The translations under genes were made by a program, and so were the position numbers. The notes beneath the pieces are model-generated. The model did not search any database and was not told the origin of the DNA. It was given only the letters and a program-made list of their open reading frames with translations. Positions 41,800 through 56,418 of a stretch of DNA of 64,000 nucleotides are shown here, piece by piece; the first letter of the stretch is position 1, and the number at the start of each line of letters is the position of its first letter. Source of the stretch: the human T2T-CHM13v2.0 reference genome, Homo sapiens; assembly GCF_009914755.1 (NCBI RefSeq), contig NC_060934.1; one strand, given 5' to 3'.

Positions 41800-44700
41800 A
41801 TCCAACTTATTCTTCCTTTAGTTGGAAAAATACCAACACAGGAAAACTCATTTCCCATCAACCACGGTGTCTCCTCCTGAGATGATGGCGATCTCATTAT
41901 AGTCCCACAAGGAGCAAAATGGTCATCTTCTCCACCTCCAGAGCCCTTCATGGAGAGTGGCAGAGACAAAATAATGTGTCAGGGAGAGGGACGAACTCCC
42001 CATACAGATGCTAAGACCCTCCTTCAGTGAGACCCAAATCTACCCTCCTTGTGTCCTTCTCCCACAGCACCTTGACTCATGAGGTTTTTTGTTTGTTTTT
42101 ACCGACTAGGGTTACCTCAGTCCTACAAATAAACACTCCAAATACTCAGTGGCCCTGCATTTATTGAGTTGCTATTGTTTCCCACTGGTCAGTAATGATG
42201 AGGCATAGGAGGGATCAGTAGCAACACAATGAACCCGGAGTTTCCATGATGCGTCCCCCAACACAACTTCCCCTGAGTGATTGAGGTTAGTCACACCCAG
42301 TAGTGTGATGACCTCCTACTATGTGCCATGGTCCAGCGAAATGAGGAATCCATGTTGGATAGGAGGCAGCCTTAGCTTCAGACTCAGCAAAACTATGTCA
42401 ATATTCCCAGGAGAAGCCTGAACTGTGAAGCGAATTGTCTCCTAATTGGTGCCATAATTTAGCCTTCATCACGCTTTACCTACTACCATGACAGCTGCTT
42501 CCGAGTGATGGGGAGACCAGCAAACCCTTTGCCTCTGTCCTTTGTGAAAACATGAGTTCCTTAATCTGAGGCCGTGGTCTGCCTGATAATCTGTGAATGG
42601 ATAAGCCACTCATTGTTCACAAATGAAGGTGTTGGCAGAAGTTTTATGGGTAGGGATGGCAAATATACATTTAGAATACCCATAAGAACAGATGACTGCC
42701 CACTGCATGGTAAAGCAGTTCTAATATAGTCAATATCCAATATGCAGCCAAGTGTTTTCTCTGAAAAATGGTGCCATGACAAAGGTTCATCATGGGCATC
42801 TTCCGTGGGCAGCTTGGGCCCTCAGAGGTGGCTAGAGCCAGAGCATGCTGGTGAAGGAGCCCGTGTTGCTAAGATCAGGGTGATCCCAGTGCTGCCATCA
42901 TGGACACTTCAAGGGTGCCCTGTGCCTTCATGGAGCTCCTATGTGGAAAGGTGAGTGATCTGTTATGGGAGAGGACAATTTGTTCACTGATTGTTGAGGA
43001 TTTCCTCTGAAGTGGGTGCCCTCTGGTTGACGTTTATGTTAGATATCAGTAGCTTTATTCTCTGTAACTGTTTCTGAAAGGTCCATCCTCATTCCTCCTC
43101 CCCAGGACCCCTGGTCACCCATCCTCAAACTAGCCATGACCCCAGAATGAAAGTAGACGTGAGCATGGGGCCATTTCTTCTTGCATGAAGCAGACAACCA
43201 GATATGATGCTGGAAATTCTGCCCACTGACACCTGGAGCATTCCTCAGGGGACTGGGATGCAGCGGCCATCCACTCAGGCTGGTGTAGATGCATCGTCGG
43301 CCAGGCCCGTGCTTTCTCCTCCTCTGGTAGCTCCCTTTGACTCCTTTTAATATGGGTTGAGGGATCACCGGCAGAGCTGCAGAAGGAGGTCCCATGGGAG
43401 TCAACCTTGGATGATTGACCTGTGCCTTCTGAGCCTGCTCAGCCCCCATCTCACATATGCAATGCCCACATGATAATGAAATGTTTCTCTGCATGTGCAA
43501 TGTTGTGGTTCAACAGGTCGTATAAAGCCCAGTGGGACAGGTTGTGTCACATAACTGCAGACATCCCATGGTCAGAACATAAGTCTCTACCAGGGTCTGG
43601 GAGCTAACCAGGAGCCACTTCTCACATGCAGAGTATCGTCATCTTTCTCCACATCTCTAAGTTTATGTGTAATACTCCTATCAGAGCTTCCTACAACCTC
43701 CAAAAACATCTCTCTCTGCCACAGACACGTCTCTGTGTCACTGAGCCTACTGGGTTATAAGGTCTGAGTGACAACACAATTTTCACCCTCCCTTCAGCTG
43801 CACTGAGCCTTCTTGCTCCAAAATTGGCCAGCTAGAGGGCTGCTGGGAGATCATCTCAGCACAGCAAATCCCAAGGTCATGTGTGTTGTGCTAAAATCCA
43901 CAGACACCTACTGGGGGCTATGTCCTTCCAACTGGCCTCTCACTTTTAGGAGAAGTCTCCATATTCCCAGACACGGGAGCCCCTGGAAGCTTCCCCAACT
44001 TGCCAGGGACCTGAATGTCCACAGAGATTATCCCTTTCTGCTGGCAATTAGGATGCTTGTAAATGGCTCCTCTTAGGTCTGTTCAGCTGAAGTATCATAA
44101 AGCTCTGTGAGATTCTGTAGGATATCTAGAGTGTCAGCACTTCTCCAGACTCCATTATATCAAAAAGCAAGAGGTTGGGCAAAGCCCTGTGATACGACAG
44201 TCAAGGTTTATGGCTTCCCTGGCAGAGGAAAGTAAACTGTGTCTGATTATCTTTATTGATGGGCATTACATAGAAAGCATTTACTCAATCAATGGGTGCA
44301 TGGCAGCCAGGGGCTATGTTGATTTATTCCAATGAAGATACCACATCTGGCTCAGCAGCTGTGACTGTTATCACCACTGATTAAGTTTGTGATAATCCAA
44401 GTCATTCTGAGAGATCCATCTGGCTTTTCTACTAGCCAAACAAGCAAGTTAAATGGGGGTGTAATAGGGATCCCTACCTCTGCATCTTGACATCTTGATG
44501 GAGGCATGAATCTCTGCTACTGTCCCAGGAAACTGTATTTATTATTTGAGGAGGAAGGAGTTTCCAGGAACTTCCATTTGGGATCTTCTGACCATAATAG
44601 TCCTTACTCCAATGGTAAGAAGACTTGTTGGGATTCTGACCATTGTTAAATATATTTACAGCCTCCAGGACTTTGGAAACAACCACAAGATAATCCAGTG

Positions 44701-45050
44701 GCCCAACAGGACCTTCTGTGAAATAGATTCATGCCGTGAGCCCATCTAACTCCTGCTGCTTTAAACATCTCTTTGGCAGCAAGCCACAATGATATTTTGT
44801 GTCTGTAGGGATTTGCATTCCTATCAGAGCTATTATCTAATATCTCCTAGAGAAAATGAATATTTCCCACTCCCCAAAGCACAGTTGTCTTATTAATAGC
44901 TCACAGGTCCTTCGCGGGAAGGCTTGGAGGAATAGCCATGGTCTACCTTGGCACTGAGTGGCAAGGTTTCCTCAAACATCTGGTGAAAGCAGGTAGATGA
45001 AGGTGCTCTTTCTTGAACTATGGAAGTTTACAGGGGGGTAGTTCTGGCAC
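41800..45050 (-). mobile_element. Decayed ERVL (class III) internal region, pro-pol remnants
   Basis: Minus strand 44200-44475 translates with frameshifts to PFNLLVWLVEKPDGSLRMT/DYHKLNQ/AAEPDVVSSLE/NAFYVMPINKDNQTQFTF (ERVL RT); about 44790-44885 gives TVLWGVGN...ILDNSS...DTKYHCG (protease). Confidence 0.85.
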
Positions 45051-45244
45051 AAGGTGAATGCATGGAAATCCAGTGTTCCATTTGTGACTTGTTGAATTTA
45101 ATATTCTTTGAGATATCTAAGGGGAAATGTCTAATAAACACTTGAAAGCACAGGTCCACAAGCCAGAAATCTCTAGTGGGAAGGCATCAACAATTTTATG
45201 GCAGTTGAAACCCTCAACCCAAATATGAACTTAATTGAAATTCA

Positions 45245-45434
<190 letters not shown>

Positions 45435-46793
45435 TTATGTAGAAATGAAAAGTCTTAAAGCATGTCTAAGGAAGACTATTCGAGGTGGTATAAGGAAACC
45501 AGAAAAATGTGATATTCTAGAGACCACAGGAAGAAAGCATTTCAGAAAGGAGCAAGCCGCAAATTGCATCAAATGCTGCTGAAAATATAAGAGAATGAGA
45601 ACTCAACATGCCTCTTTAATTTAGTGACATGGAGAGAACTTGTGACCTTTGCAAGATCTGTTTTGGGGAAACGCTAAGGGCAGAAGCCAGACTGGGTGTT
45701 TACCGAGGGTAGCAAAACACTGCATGTACCAATTTTTTTTTCCTCAAAAACCAAATAGCTTACCATTTTTAAAGCTTGTTTTGTGTGTGTGTTTGATTTT
45801 GATTCCTCTGTGATTATATTTATATAATAAGTATCCTAGAGGCAATTTGCTGCTGCTTAGCCACTGACGACACTCTTGTTTAGCTTGCTCCAGTGTAAAT
45901 GAGGTTCCAGCCTCATCAGGCGTCTCCAAGAGCTCCATGGAAGGGTTCAGCTTCCTGAGTTATTTCTTTGTCTTGTGTGCTTGGGGGATGATGAAACAGA
46001 AGTAGCAGAGAGACAGTTGTGAGGTTCTTAGTATGCTAAAATGGAGGCTTTGTCATTAACATAGCGTCATCCATCACAAAGAAAAATCAGCCTAGGATTT
46101 TTCACACCACGCATCACAGCCTTTAATTCCACTCTACTGACTAGAGCCAGAAATTCAGAAATTCACACATTTTGTAATGTTTAACTTTCCCCTGCACATA
46201 TTTTATTTCTGAAATATTCACCCCTGAGTATTTCTCTCTTTCCTTCTATGAGTTTGTTCAGGGTTATATCTCTAAATCTGAAAGCTTTTTACATTGTGAT
46301 TAGTAATTGAGTTATATTTGGGCGTGAAATCTATGTTCCTTTGGGAGTTTAATTATTCCAAACAGATAGACAAATTAGAGTAAACTTGGAATTGAGTAAC
46401 ATAAAGATGAAGAATGAATAAGACTATAGTATTTACTTGTAAAGAGCATTAATGTCTGAACAGAAAGAATTTGGCCACCTAAGCGCTAAATGGTGGTTTA
46501 ACTGCCCATAATTCTGTGGTCAAGTTGAATCTAAAACAGCACCAGGCTAAGAAAACTAGTTATTGACTAACAGCACCAGGAGTCTATTAAAATCATGTTC
46601 TATGTAAAGATTCCAAGAAAGTGTAATAAAGAGATTCATCTTCATCACTTCAGTTATTTGTTTGGATATAAATGACATTCTTCTAATTTCTACCTCTCAC
46701 ATTCCTTGCAGAGGGGTCTGGTCTTTGTGTAAACCTACACTGTTTCCATGTGTTAAAAATTTACACACGGTATTAATTTCACTTGACTTGCCC

Positions 46794-46832
46794 TGTGTGT
46801 GTGTGTGTCTGTGTGTGTGTGTTTGTGTGTGT
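46794..46832. repeat. (TG)n microsatellite
   Basis: Interrupted TG run. Confidence 0.85.
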
Positions 46833-47107
46833 AGACAGGTTTTGACTCCTGGAAGTAGATTAGTGATTAAGGCAGATGAATCCCTCAAGCTGTTGACTTC
46901 TCTGTAGACAGAGCTCTTTATCTTAAGTGGAAGATAGAAGCATGTTTTCCATGTGGAAGACAGAGTCTGAAGTCTGAAGAGGACTCCTCTAATGATGTAA
47001 AAATGATAATGCATTGTCAATAGGATGGGATGCCACGGCTGTCTCATCAATGAACAGTGACCCCATATGATGACTTCCTATGCAGCTCATACTAAAGAAC
47101 ATAGGAA

Positions 47108-47945
47108 GGCTCACACCTGCAATCCCAACACTTTAGGAGGCAGAGGTGGGAGGACTGCTTGAGCCCTGCTGAGTAGCTGGGACTATAGGTGTGTGCCACC
47201 ACACCTGGCTGATTTATTTTATTTTTAGTAGAGGTGAAGTCTTCCTATGTTGCCCAGACTGGTCTTGAACTCTTGGGTGACACAGCAAGAGCCTGCCTCA
47301 AAAAAAAAAAAAAAAAAAAAAAAAAAGAGAGAGAGAGAGAGAGATTTTCTCTTACTCACAGTCCTAGCACCAGTCCTATGGCCCTCACAGTACTACAGCG
47401 ACCACTTATCTTGTGGGATGTTCACAGAGCTGGCTGTGGCACATGGTCCTGCTTGTCTTCAGAGAAATTGTATTGTTCTTTCTGATGAGGGTGAGGATGC
47501 TGAGGGCCTGGTTCATTCAAGACAGCTAATGTGTGTTTGGGCAGGAATGCTGACCCAGGTCACACCCCAGAGCTGTAACCACCATACAGACTGCCTCCCT
47601 CATGACTGGAAAAAATTCATTTGTAGTTATTCAGTGAAAAAAAAAAAATCTCTTTCTCTCTGTCTCTCTCTCTCTCTCTTTTTTTTCTTTTTTTTTTTGA
47701 GGCAGGCTCTTGCTGTGCCACCCAAGAGTTCAAGACCAACCTGAGCAACATAGGAAGACTTCATCTCTACAAAAAATAAAATAAATTAGCCAGGTGTGGT
47801 GGCATATGCCTATAGTCCCAGCTACTCAGCAGGCTGAGGCAAGATACTCACTTGAGCCCAGAACTGGAAGCTGCAGTGAGCAATGATCAAACACTGCACT
47901 CCAGCCTGGGTGATAGAGGGAGACCTCATCTCCTGAAAGAAAAAA
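47108..47945 (+). mobile_element. AluJ split by a complex insertion (halves 47108-47166 and 47724-47945)
   Basis: Halves are colinear (gcttgagccc | aagagttcaagacc) and share TSD aaagaacataKgaag (47094 and 47944). Confidence 0.9.
47349..47724 (+). repeat. Interspersed direct duplicate of 49037-49402
   Basis: About 290 bp non-Alu sequence plus Alu tail; about 23 differences by eye (~92% identity). Confidence 0.95.
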
Positions 47946-49332
47946 AGAACATATGAAGAGTTTATTAGCTGGTGTTTTCCGCAGTGTCTAACTCTGCACT
48001 CTGTAAACAGCGGATGCAAATGAAGGGTTGCTTTGAAGGATGAGGGTGATGATGGCCCGATGACTGGGGACATGCGTCATGCTAATTGCTTCATGTGACC
48101 CTCACATCAGCATCCAGAAGTGGACGTCACTTCACCATTTAACAGAGGATCACCTGAAGACACGAGGAATGACATACCACAGCCGCTCTGTGCAGGTCCT
48201 CGCCCCTGTTCTGTGTCCACTTTAGGTGCTGGCTGACCACAACTGGCCTGCAGAGGAAAGGAAAGAGATGCCCCCGTAACCACAACCTGCATGACGATCA
48301 CAGCCCCATCAAATTCCATGCAAGAGTGAACAAGGTCTCTGTTTTTCAAAAAAAAGATAACCACTGAATAATTTTTATTCTAGTGAGGCAGGAATTGAGC
48401 CCATATTTCCTCTTTTTTCATTAGAACACTTCTGATATTTTCAGAATATTTATGTAATTATTCTTTGGTAAATTAGAAAGTCTGTATAGATTTTTTATAA
48501 AAACAATCTTTTCAAACCAAAATTTTTCTTTAAGAGCATAATAATTAATTCCAAAGGAGAAAAACTCCAGTAGACACAGAGAAGCGGCAACATAAATATT
48601 GACATAGACAAGCAGTGTGTAGTTTGGCCAGCTGCCTGAAATTCTTTTCTCAAGGTGAGCATGGAGGTGTCAGACTAGGAAAACTAAACACAGAAAAACA
48701 CCCAAGAAGACAGTTCTGTGGCAAAAGACACAATTATTTACCATAGCAAAGAAGCTATCACTGGGGTAGAGAGAATTAAACTTTGAAAACCAATAGAGCA
48801 TCAAGAACTGTCTCCATCATTAAGAAGGAGTACAGACAAATTAGAGCAATTGGACAGTGAATGGTAGCATGGGCCTTATTTTTCTAAAATAGGTTAAACA
48901 TGAATACATTTTTAAGAAAAGAACTATAAAATGTCATGCATGCAGTTCCATTTGTACAATGTTAGGATGATTCTGTGAAGAAGAATTCAACTGCCATAGA
49001 AAGACCTTTTAACTAGCAGACACCTGGAAAGGTGTGCTCTTACTCACAATCCTAGTACCAGTCCTGTGGCCCTCACAGTACTACAGAGACCACTTATCTT
49101 GTGGGGTGTTCACAGAGCTGGCTGTGGCACATGGTCCTGCTTGTCTTCAGAGGAGTTGTATTGTTCTTCCTGATGAGGGTGAGGATGCTGAGGACCTGGT
49201 TCATCCAAGACAGCTAACTGGTGTTTGGGCAGGAACGCTGACCCAGGTCACACCCCAGAGATCTAACCACCATACTAGACTGCCTCCTTCACCACCGGAA
49301 AAAATTTATCTGTAGTTATTCAGTGAAAATAA

Positions 49333-49663
<331 letters not shown>

Positions 49664-51811
49664 AAATTAATCTTTAACAGTATTTCATGCAAAACACTTA
49701 GGAAAACAAGAAAAACATACAGCAAGCAGCTCTGTTTCTTTGCATTAGCAAATTCTGGTTTAGAAGTTAAATGTGAATCGCGCTTTGCAGCTTTCCTAAT
49801 AAGGTGTGATGGAGACGTGGAGCTACCGTTGACACCAGCTTGCAGAGGAATATTGCCTAAACAGGACCAGGCACTTTCCTTTACTTCTTTTTCAATATGA
49901 TCCCTTATCTTAAACTGGCCTATAAAATACTCCATTAATCCCTTCAACAATCCAAACTCTAACAGAGATTGTCAAAAAAAAAAAAAAAAAAAAAACTTTC
50001 TCAAATTGGCCATGATAAAACAATGCTATATTCTCTCTGGATTTTTAAAAAATTATTATGAGTTTCCAAATGTTTTATATTATGCTTTCTTAACAACATT
50101 AGATATAACCATTAAACAAATTAGCCATTGGCTAAACTTTACCTTTAATATTATGGGATTTGGTTTGGGAGCTATTTTGTGCCAAACAGAGACAAATAAG
50201 AAGCATCTCTCAGGGGTCTAGAAACAGGAGTGTGATGCATTTATTCTGCCAGGTTGTATTTGGTAAGATAGGAGAGATGCCCCCACAGAGCAGGAGAGAA
50301 CATTCCTGGTCTGGAGGCAGCACTTGACCCTGCCACTGTGGGCTACCTGACTTTTGCAGGTTCCTGCCTGTTAGTCTGGGATGATGAGACTTGTCATGCC
50401 CTCTGCAGAGGTACCTTGAGGAAGAAGGAAAAGGCATCACTTGAGGGCATGTGACAAGTGCTCAGTGAATTTTGCTGGGAGAGCGGTGGAGAGAAGACAG
50501 TGAGATCCGTTTGCTCACAAAGAGCCGTGCGGTCTAGAAGGACACGTGCCGTTAAGTATTTTACAGATCACTGTGCATTAAGTATTTGTTCTTAACAGCA
50601 AATGTTCCAATGTTTTAGTTTCATTGGAAGAGCTATTTGACAGGATGATTATATGATTGCTGGGTAGTACTTAAAAGTGATTACTGGATGTATGTTTCAT
50701 GTCCTCAGAGAGCTAATGGGTTTCCTTTTACTGTCCTCTAAGTCCCACCCAGAAATCTCCTGACATATCCTATAATTCCAAAGGAAATGAAACCACAAGA
50801 AGGATAAAACTATATTTTGCCCTCCAATGACACATGAGGATTAGCCATCGTCCCGTGCAACAGCACCTGAAATTTAGCTCATGCAGTGGCCTTTCAGTGA
50901 GCTCAAGGGGAAGTGCACTACTTTCCCCACTTAATTCAAGTTACTTTGATTTTCATCATCTTCCCCAAATAGAATTTACCCAAAGGAACCAAGCTGTCAG
51001 TCACACTACATGAAGCAGGACTGAAAAAATGTTTTAACTTGGCTGCAGCTAATTATAGACGCTCTCAGAGTGCAAAGACCCAGGGAGGTCATCTAGTTAT
51101 CTCCTGCCACAGGCAACCCATCTTAACTGCCCCTTAACTAATTAAAGATATCCCTAAAACTTTTCTCTTGATCTTTTCTTTCAGACTGTTGGGGGTTCTC
51201 CGCTATTCCCATTTTGTAACCTCCCCAATAGCTCCAGTGACCCAGTCAGGCCTGTATGTTACTCATTCCCATATTCAACCTCTGATGGACATTGCATTGG
51301 GCGTTCATGTTATCTTAGAATACTAAAGGCTTGGAAGAAGGGTGTCTAATAACAAAAGAAATCTGAATATTTCATAGTCTCACTGCTTTTTGGATATCTC
51401 TAAACTATGAATACAGCTTCCCCAGTTATTTAGAATGTCACTTATTTCTTGTGAGGATGTATGCATGTTATTACATCATAGCAGTCTAATGCAGCATTTC
51501 TTAATCTGTAATTCATGGAACTCATGCTGAGGATATGCCTTGAGAAAACTATTCTGTGGTCCTATAACTGTGTAAAAAGCGGGAACTAACAATGATTAGA
51601 GAGCCAATAAAGATTCTGTTTTTACTGGAGGACTTCTCACACTCCTGAATACATTAATGTATGTTATAAACACCCAAGAAGAAAGTGGTATGCAACTATT
51701 TCAAAACACTTTTCTTTATTATGTTGTAAAAGGAAACATTGAGCTTTTGTAAAATTACAGTTCCAAGAATTAAATTTTAGAAAACGTTGCTTCAAAATAT
51801 GCATTTTTTTT

Positions 51812-52254
51812 TTGCAAAAATGTGGAATCAACCCAAATGCCCATCCATCAATGAGTGGGTAAAGAAGCTGTGGTGCATACGATGGAATACTACTGAGCCA
51901 TAAAAAGGAATGAATTAATGGCACTCACAGCAACTTGGATAACATTGGAGACTATTATTCTAAGTGAAGTAACTCAGGAATGGAAAGCCAAACATCATAT
52001 GTTTTCACTCATAAGTGGGAGCTGAGCTATGAGGATGCAAAGGCATACAAATGATACAATGGACATTGGAGACTCAGGGGAAGGGGTGGGAAGGGGGTGA
52101 GGGATTAAAGACTACAAATTGGGTTCAATGTATATGGCTTGGGTGATGGGCGCACCAGAATCTCACAAATCACCACTGAAGAACTTACTCATATAACCAA
52201 ATACCACCTGTTCCCCAAAAACCTATGGGAATAAAAAATAAATAAATAAATAAA
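51812..52254 (+). mobile_element. L1PB-type 3' end
   Basis: gaagtaactcaggaatggaaagccaaac...tctcacaaatcaccactgaagaacttactcat...ccccaaaaacctatgg plus (AAAT)n tail. Confidence 0.9.
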
Positions 52255-52267
52255 TGCACTAAATACA

Positions 52268-52395
52268 AATATATATATATACACACATATACATATTGCA
52301 CATATATATACATATATATTGCACACATATATACTTATATATTGCACACACATATATACATATATATTGTACACATATATGTATATATGTGCAAT
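52268..52395. repeat. (TA/CA) compound repeat, ~24-bp period
   Basis: attgcacacatatatacatatat-like units four times. Confidence 0.8.
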
Positions 52396-53829
52396 TCTTG
52401 TTTGTAACAGCACTGGCCGGAAAAGTGGATTCAAGACGGGTCATCAGGGTCGCTTCTTGGGGAGTGAATGTAAAGGGGTGGGAAAAGGTCGGGACAGTGA
52501 CTCAGCACTAGAAATTTCATGAGCACAGAAGACCGTGTCCACCCAAACTGTCCTGGAAGAAAACGTTAGGAGCTGCTGGAAGGACTGTTCCAATAGGCAC
52601 CTGGAGTGGGAGGTGAGAGCCCTGAGTAACTTACTCCACAGTAACAGAAGGTCTTTCACAGAAGGGCAGGCTGGTACACGCTCCCACACCCTCCTGCACC
52701 TTCTCCTTTAAATGGATGTTGACCAGATGTCTAAATAAGAGACCAGGGGACCCTGAGACTCTGGTGTCCACACGGGCCATCTAATATCTTCCTCAATGTG
52801 AAGGTCCACGTGGGCTCCGCTACACTTCTACCGTTTCCTCTTTCCCACTTCTAGTTGTCCGTCTCTTCAGGGACATCCTTTATGTGAAGAAAGTGATAGA
52901 ATTGTTAATATCTCTAAATAGTGAGGAGGACTTAATTCTTTCCCTACTATATTTGAACCCAAGCCTGGAACATGTAACCCACTAACTCTCATACTTACCC
53001 TTAATTTCTTCTTTCCTATTGTATCCCTATGGAAGAAAGGACTAGTTTCAGGTATTCTTAACTTCACAATTAATTTAAATTTTAAGATTATTACATATCT
53101 TATTTGTAACCACATTCATAGAGAATAAAATAATATCTCTTGAAGCCTAAGTGTATGAAAATTTCAATGTGCTGTCAGTCTGTAAAGTAAGCATCAATCT
53201 TCCCCCACAGTGAGAAGCATTTTGTATACATCACATGGATGTAGCACGTTCCATTGTAAACTCAATTTTTAAATTAGATTTGAGTCCCTTAAGTACAATG
53301 CCTTCTGTCTTATTTTTACTTCTTTTTACTCAGTGCCTCACTCAGTCCACACTCAGTGAGGATTTCACAAAGATGGAAAGAGTGATAATCTAAAATCTGC
53401 AGAATCTACTCTCTGAAATTCTAGAAAATATTTTCATTTTCCAAATTGGGTTTTAGTGAGTTAATGACTCAGAGAAAACATCAATAAGGTGATTATCTAT
53501 ACTTAGAGGAGAATTTGCCCCTAATTTATGCTGTTCTACTAACTTGTTCCTAAATAACATGACCCTGCTTCTGCAGGTCACAGATATTTACTTGTTTGGT
53601 GTCACAATTGGAAAAATATTCATTGTTCTTAAGAATTTTTATTTTGGGAGTTTCATTTTATTACTGGAAAGCTCACTGATTTTTTTTTTTTCAGTTGAAT
53701 GTTTTAGAATTTTGTAGACATAGCTAGCGTCTTTAACGTAAAAGTGGCTGGTAGTGATTTGCTGGTGATGAATTTATCAAGACAAGTGACAAATATTTAA
53801 AAAATTGATAGCAAATCTCTTGAAATTAG

Positions 53830-54167
<338 letters not shown>

Positions 54168-56418
54168 GAGAGTTTTTTAAAAAGTCTTTTTGTCATTGTT
54201 ATCGTTGCTGCTTGACATTATAAAGTGGACAAAATAACAGTTCACTCAGCCTGAGATTGTTTAGAGAATTGATAAGGCACAGCCAGTGAAGTAGCTAACA
54301 CAGTATAGCAATCACTCAATAAACAGAGGCTGTGCTATTCTGGAGGGAGGCATTGCTGTAAGTGACAAATGTACTTCATGATTTAGAATCACGAGTAATA
54401 GAATCATTAATCTTTTTTTTCTTGCTTACCTAAATTCTATAAAAGTAACACAAAGAAATAAAACCAAAACCCAAACGTCAAACTTTCAGTTACATAAAAT
54501 TATATTTTGACTATTTCAATATATTTTAACCTGACAGACTATGGGAGAGACGTGAGGATAGAATACAGGAATGGTCTGAGCCACCGTCTCTGTGGGCAGG
54601 TGCCCTATCCCCCTCTCCACCAGCCCTTCCCACCCAGGCAACACATCTCTCACGGCCCACAAACTGGGAATTCACTCATTCTAGAGCTGCCTATATCATT
54701 ATTTAGGTTCTTAGAGATTTTTCTTTCCATTTCCACATTCAAATCCCTTAAGGAGCTCTAGGAAATGCCTCCTGACTCATCCGCTATCACCATCCCTCTC
54801 GTCTGGCCTGCCCTTCCATAATCTACATCTTGATATTTTAAAATACCATCCATCATATTGCCAGCCCGTTGCTGTCTTCTGGATCTATTTATTTTTTTTC
54901 CTTAGTAATACTGCATGGGCCATGAAGTCACAGATGTCCCTATAGATAAACGTCTGATGTGAGCTGTGCCCCGGAAGGACAGTAACTGAATTAGTTTTAT
55001 TAAGTATGAAAATAACTCACAGAGTGGGAGTGTTGGTTAGAAGTTGTCTTCCAGGAAACTGAGAACTGCCTCAAGTTATGCTGATGCTTCTGCGATCTTT
55101 GCTAATCACTCTTTCTCTTCCATAGGATACCTTTAACCACCACCCTCCTTTTCCCTTTACTTAACGTGTTTTACATTGGGAAAGAACCTAACTTGACTGT
55201 GTTGTTTTTAATACTCCTTGTCGGGCTAGGTTTTCTTTTTTCCTTTCTTTCTTTTTTTTTTTTTCTTCTTTGAACATGAAATAAAATGCAACCTTTGAAA
55301 GGCTATTCATCTGTCTTCAGGAAAGGTCATGGGAAAAATGCTGTAGAATTTTCTAATGGTTCATCCATCAAAAATGCAGCTCTCCATTGATTCTTCCCGA
55401 ATTGTCAATTTCCAAGCAGCCTCAGGGATAAGCCTCATTCTGTGAGACGCAATCCTTGATAAGGAAAAAGATAAAGTGATAAATGATTTTTCTGGTCTTT
55501 TCCTTTGGGAACGATAGCCAACTTGCTAAGTCTTAGACTCAGGCAATAGCCATTCATGAGCTACCTGCACACAAGGAGTTTGTGATGTTAGTAATGTGAA
55601 TTTGGCAATAGTGTTTTCAGCAAAAAAAAAAGTCACTACTTAAATACAAACCCCTATACATGACTGGCCTTGGAGAAAACTAGCAAAGCTCAGAAACAAA
55701 CTGACTTAAAGTACGTTGCCAAACACAGCATCATATGTTGGCTGAATACAATATTTTAAAGGAACTGAAAATATTATAACAAAATAAACCTCCCATCTGG
55801 GTCTATGAGCCAATAAACTAAAATAATTCTCAGTAAATATCTTAAATGTAATCACATCTAGTGCTAAGAAGAATTATATTCAATAAGAAAAAGATGATTA
55901 AAAAATAAACTAAATGGGCCACTTTGCATACAATATTATTGAATATTTTGCAGCTACTTATCAAACTGGAAAGTATTATGAAAAATACAACTCTATCCCC
56001 TGTTCCCATGTTTTTCCTTACTTTGACATCACCATCCAAGAGAATGTTAACATTGCTCAGTGCTTGTTCAAGGTTTGTTCTAGATTCAAAATTGAATTCT
56101 GTCTTGCCAACCTTCTGGGTTACGAGCAATGACACAGCATGAAATGAGCATCAGGTGATATTTAACATGTGACACCACATCCTGGGGTATCAAAATCAGT
56201 GTGATTATTCCTGTAAAAGAGCTCATGATCTCTGTGATACAGAAAAGTAACTAGGCATTTAGAATGAAAGGTGATGAATTCTAAGACAGAAAGCAGAGAG
56301 TATGTGAGATAGATACATAGAATAGCACAAATCCAGGCTCAAGATAGTGAGATGGTGATGACAGGGTGAAGTCCAGGGTGCCCTCCAAGAGCAAGTGACA
56401 ATGAACCCGGGAAGCATA

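Noticed and set aside
43012-43031. CTCF-like motif (minus strand GTCAACCAGAGGGCACCCA)
   Set aside because: Mismatch in the core CCA; cannot be supported without ChIP data.
47247-47744. 165-aa ORF similar to ORF 49034-49315, suggesting paralogous genes
   Set aside because: Similarity comes from the local DNA duplication; the ends are Alu and poly(A)-derived.
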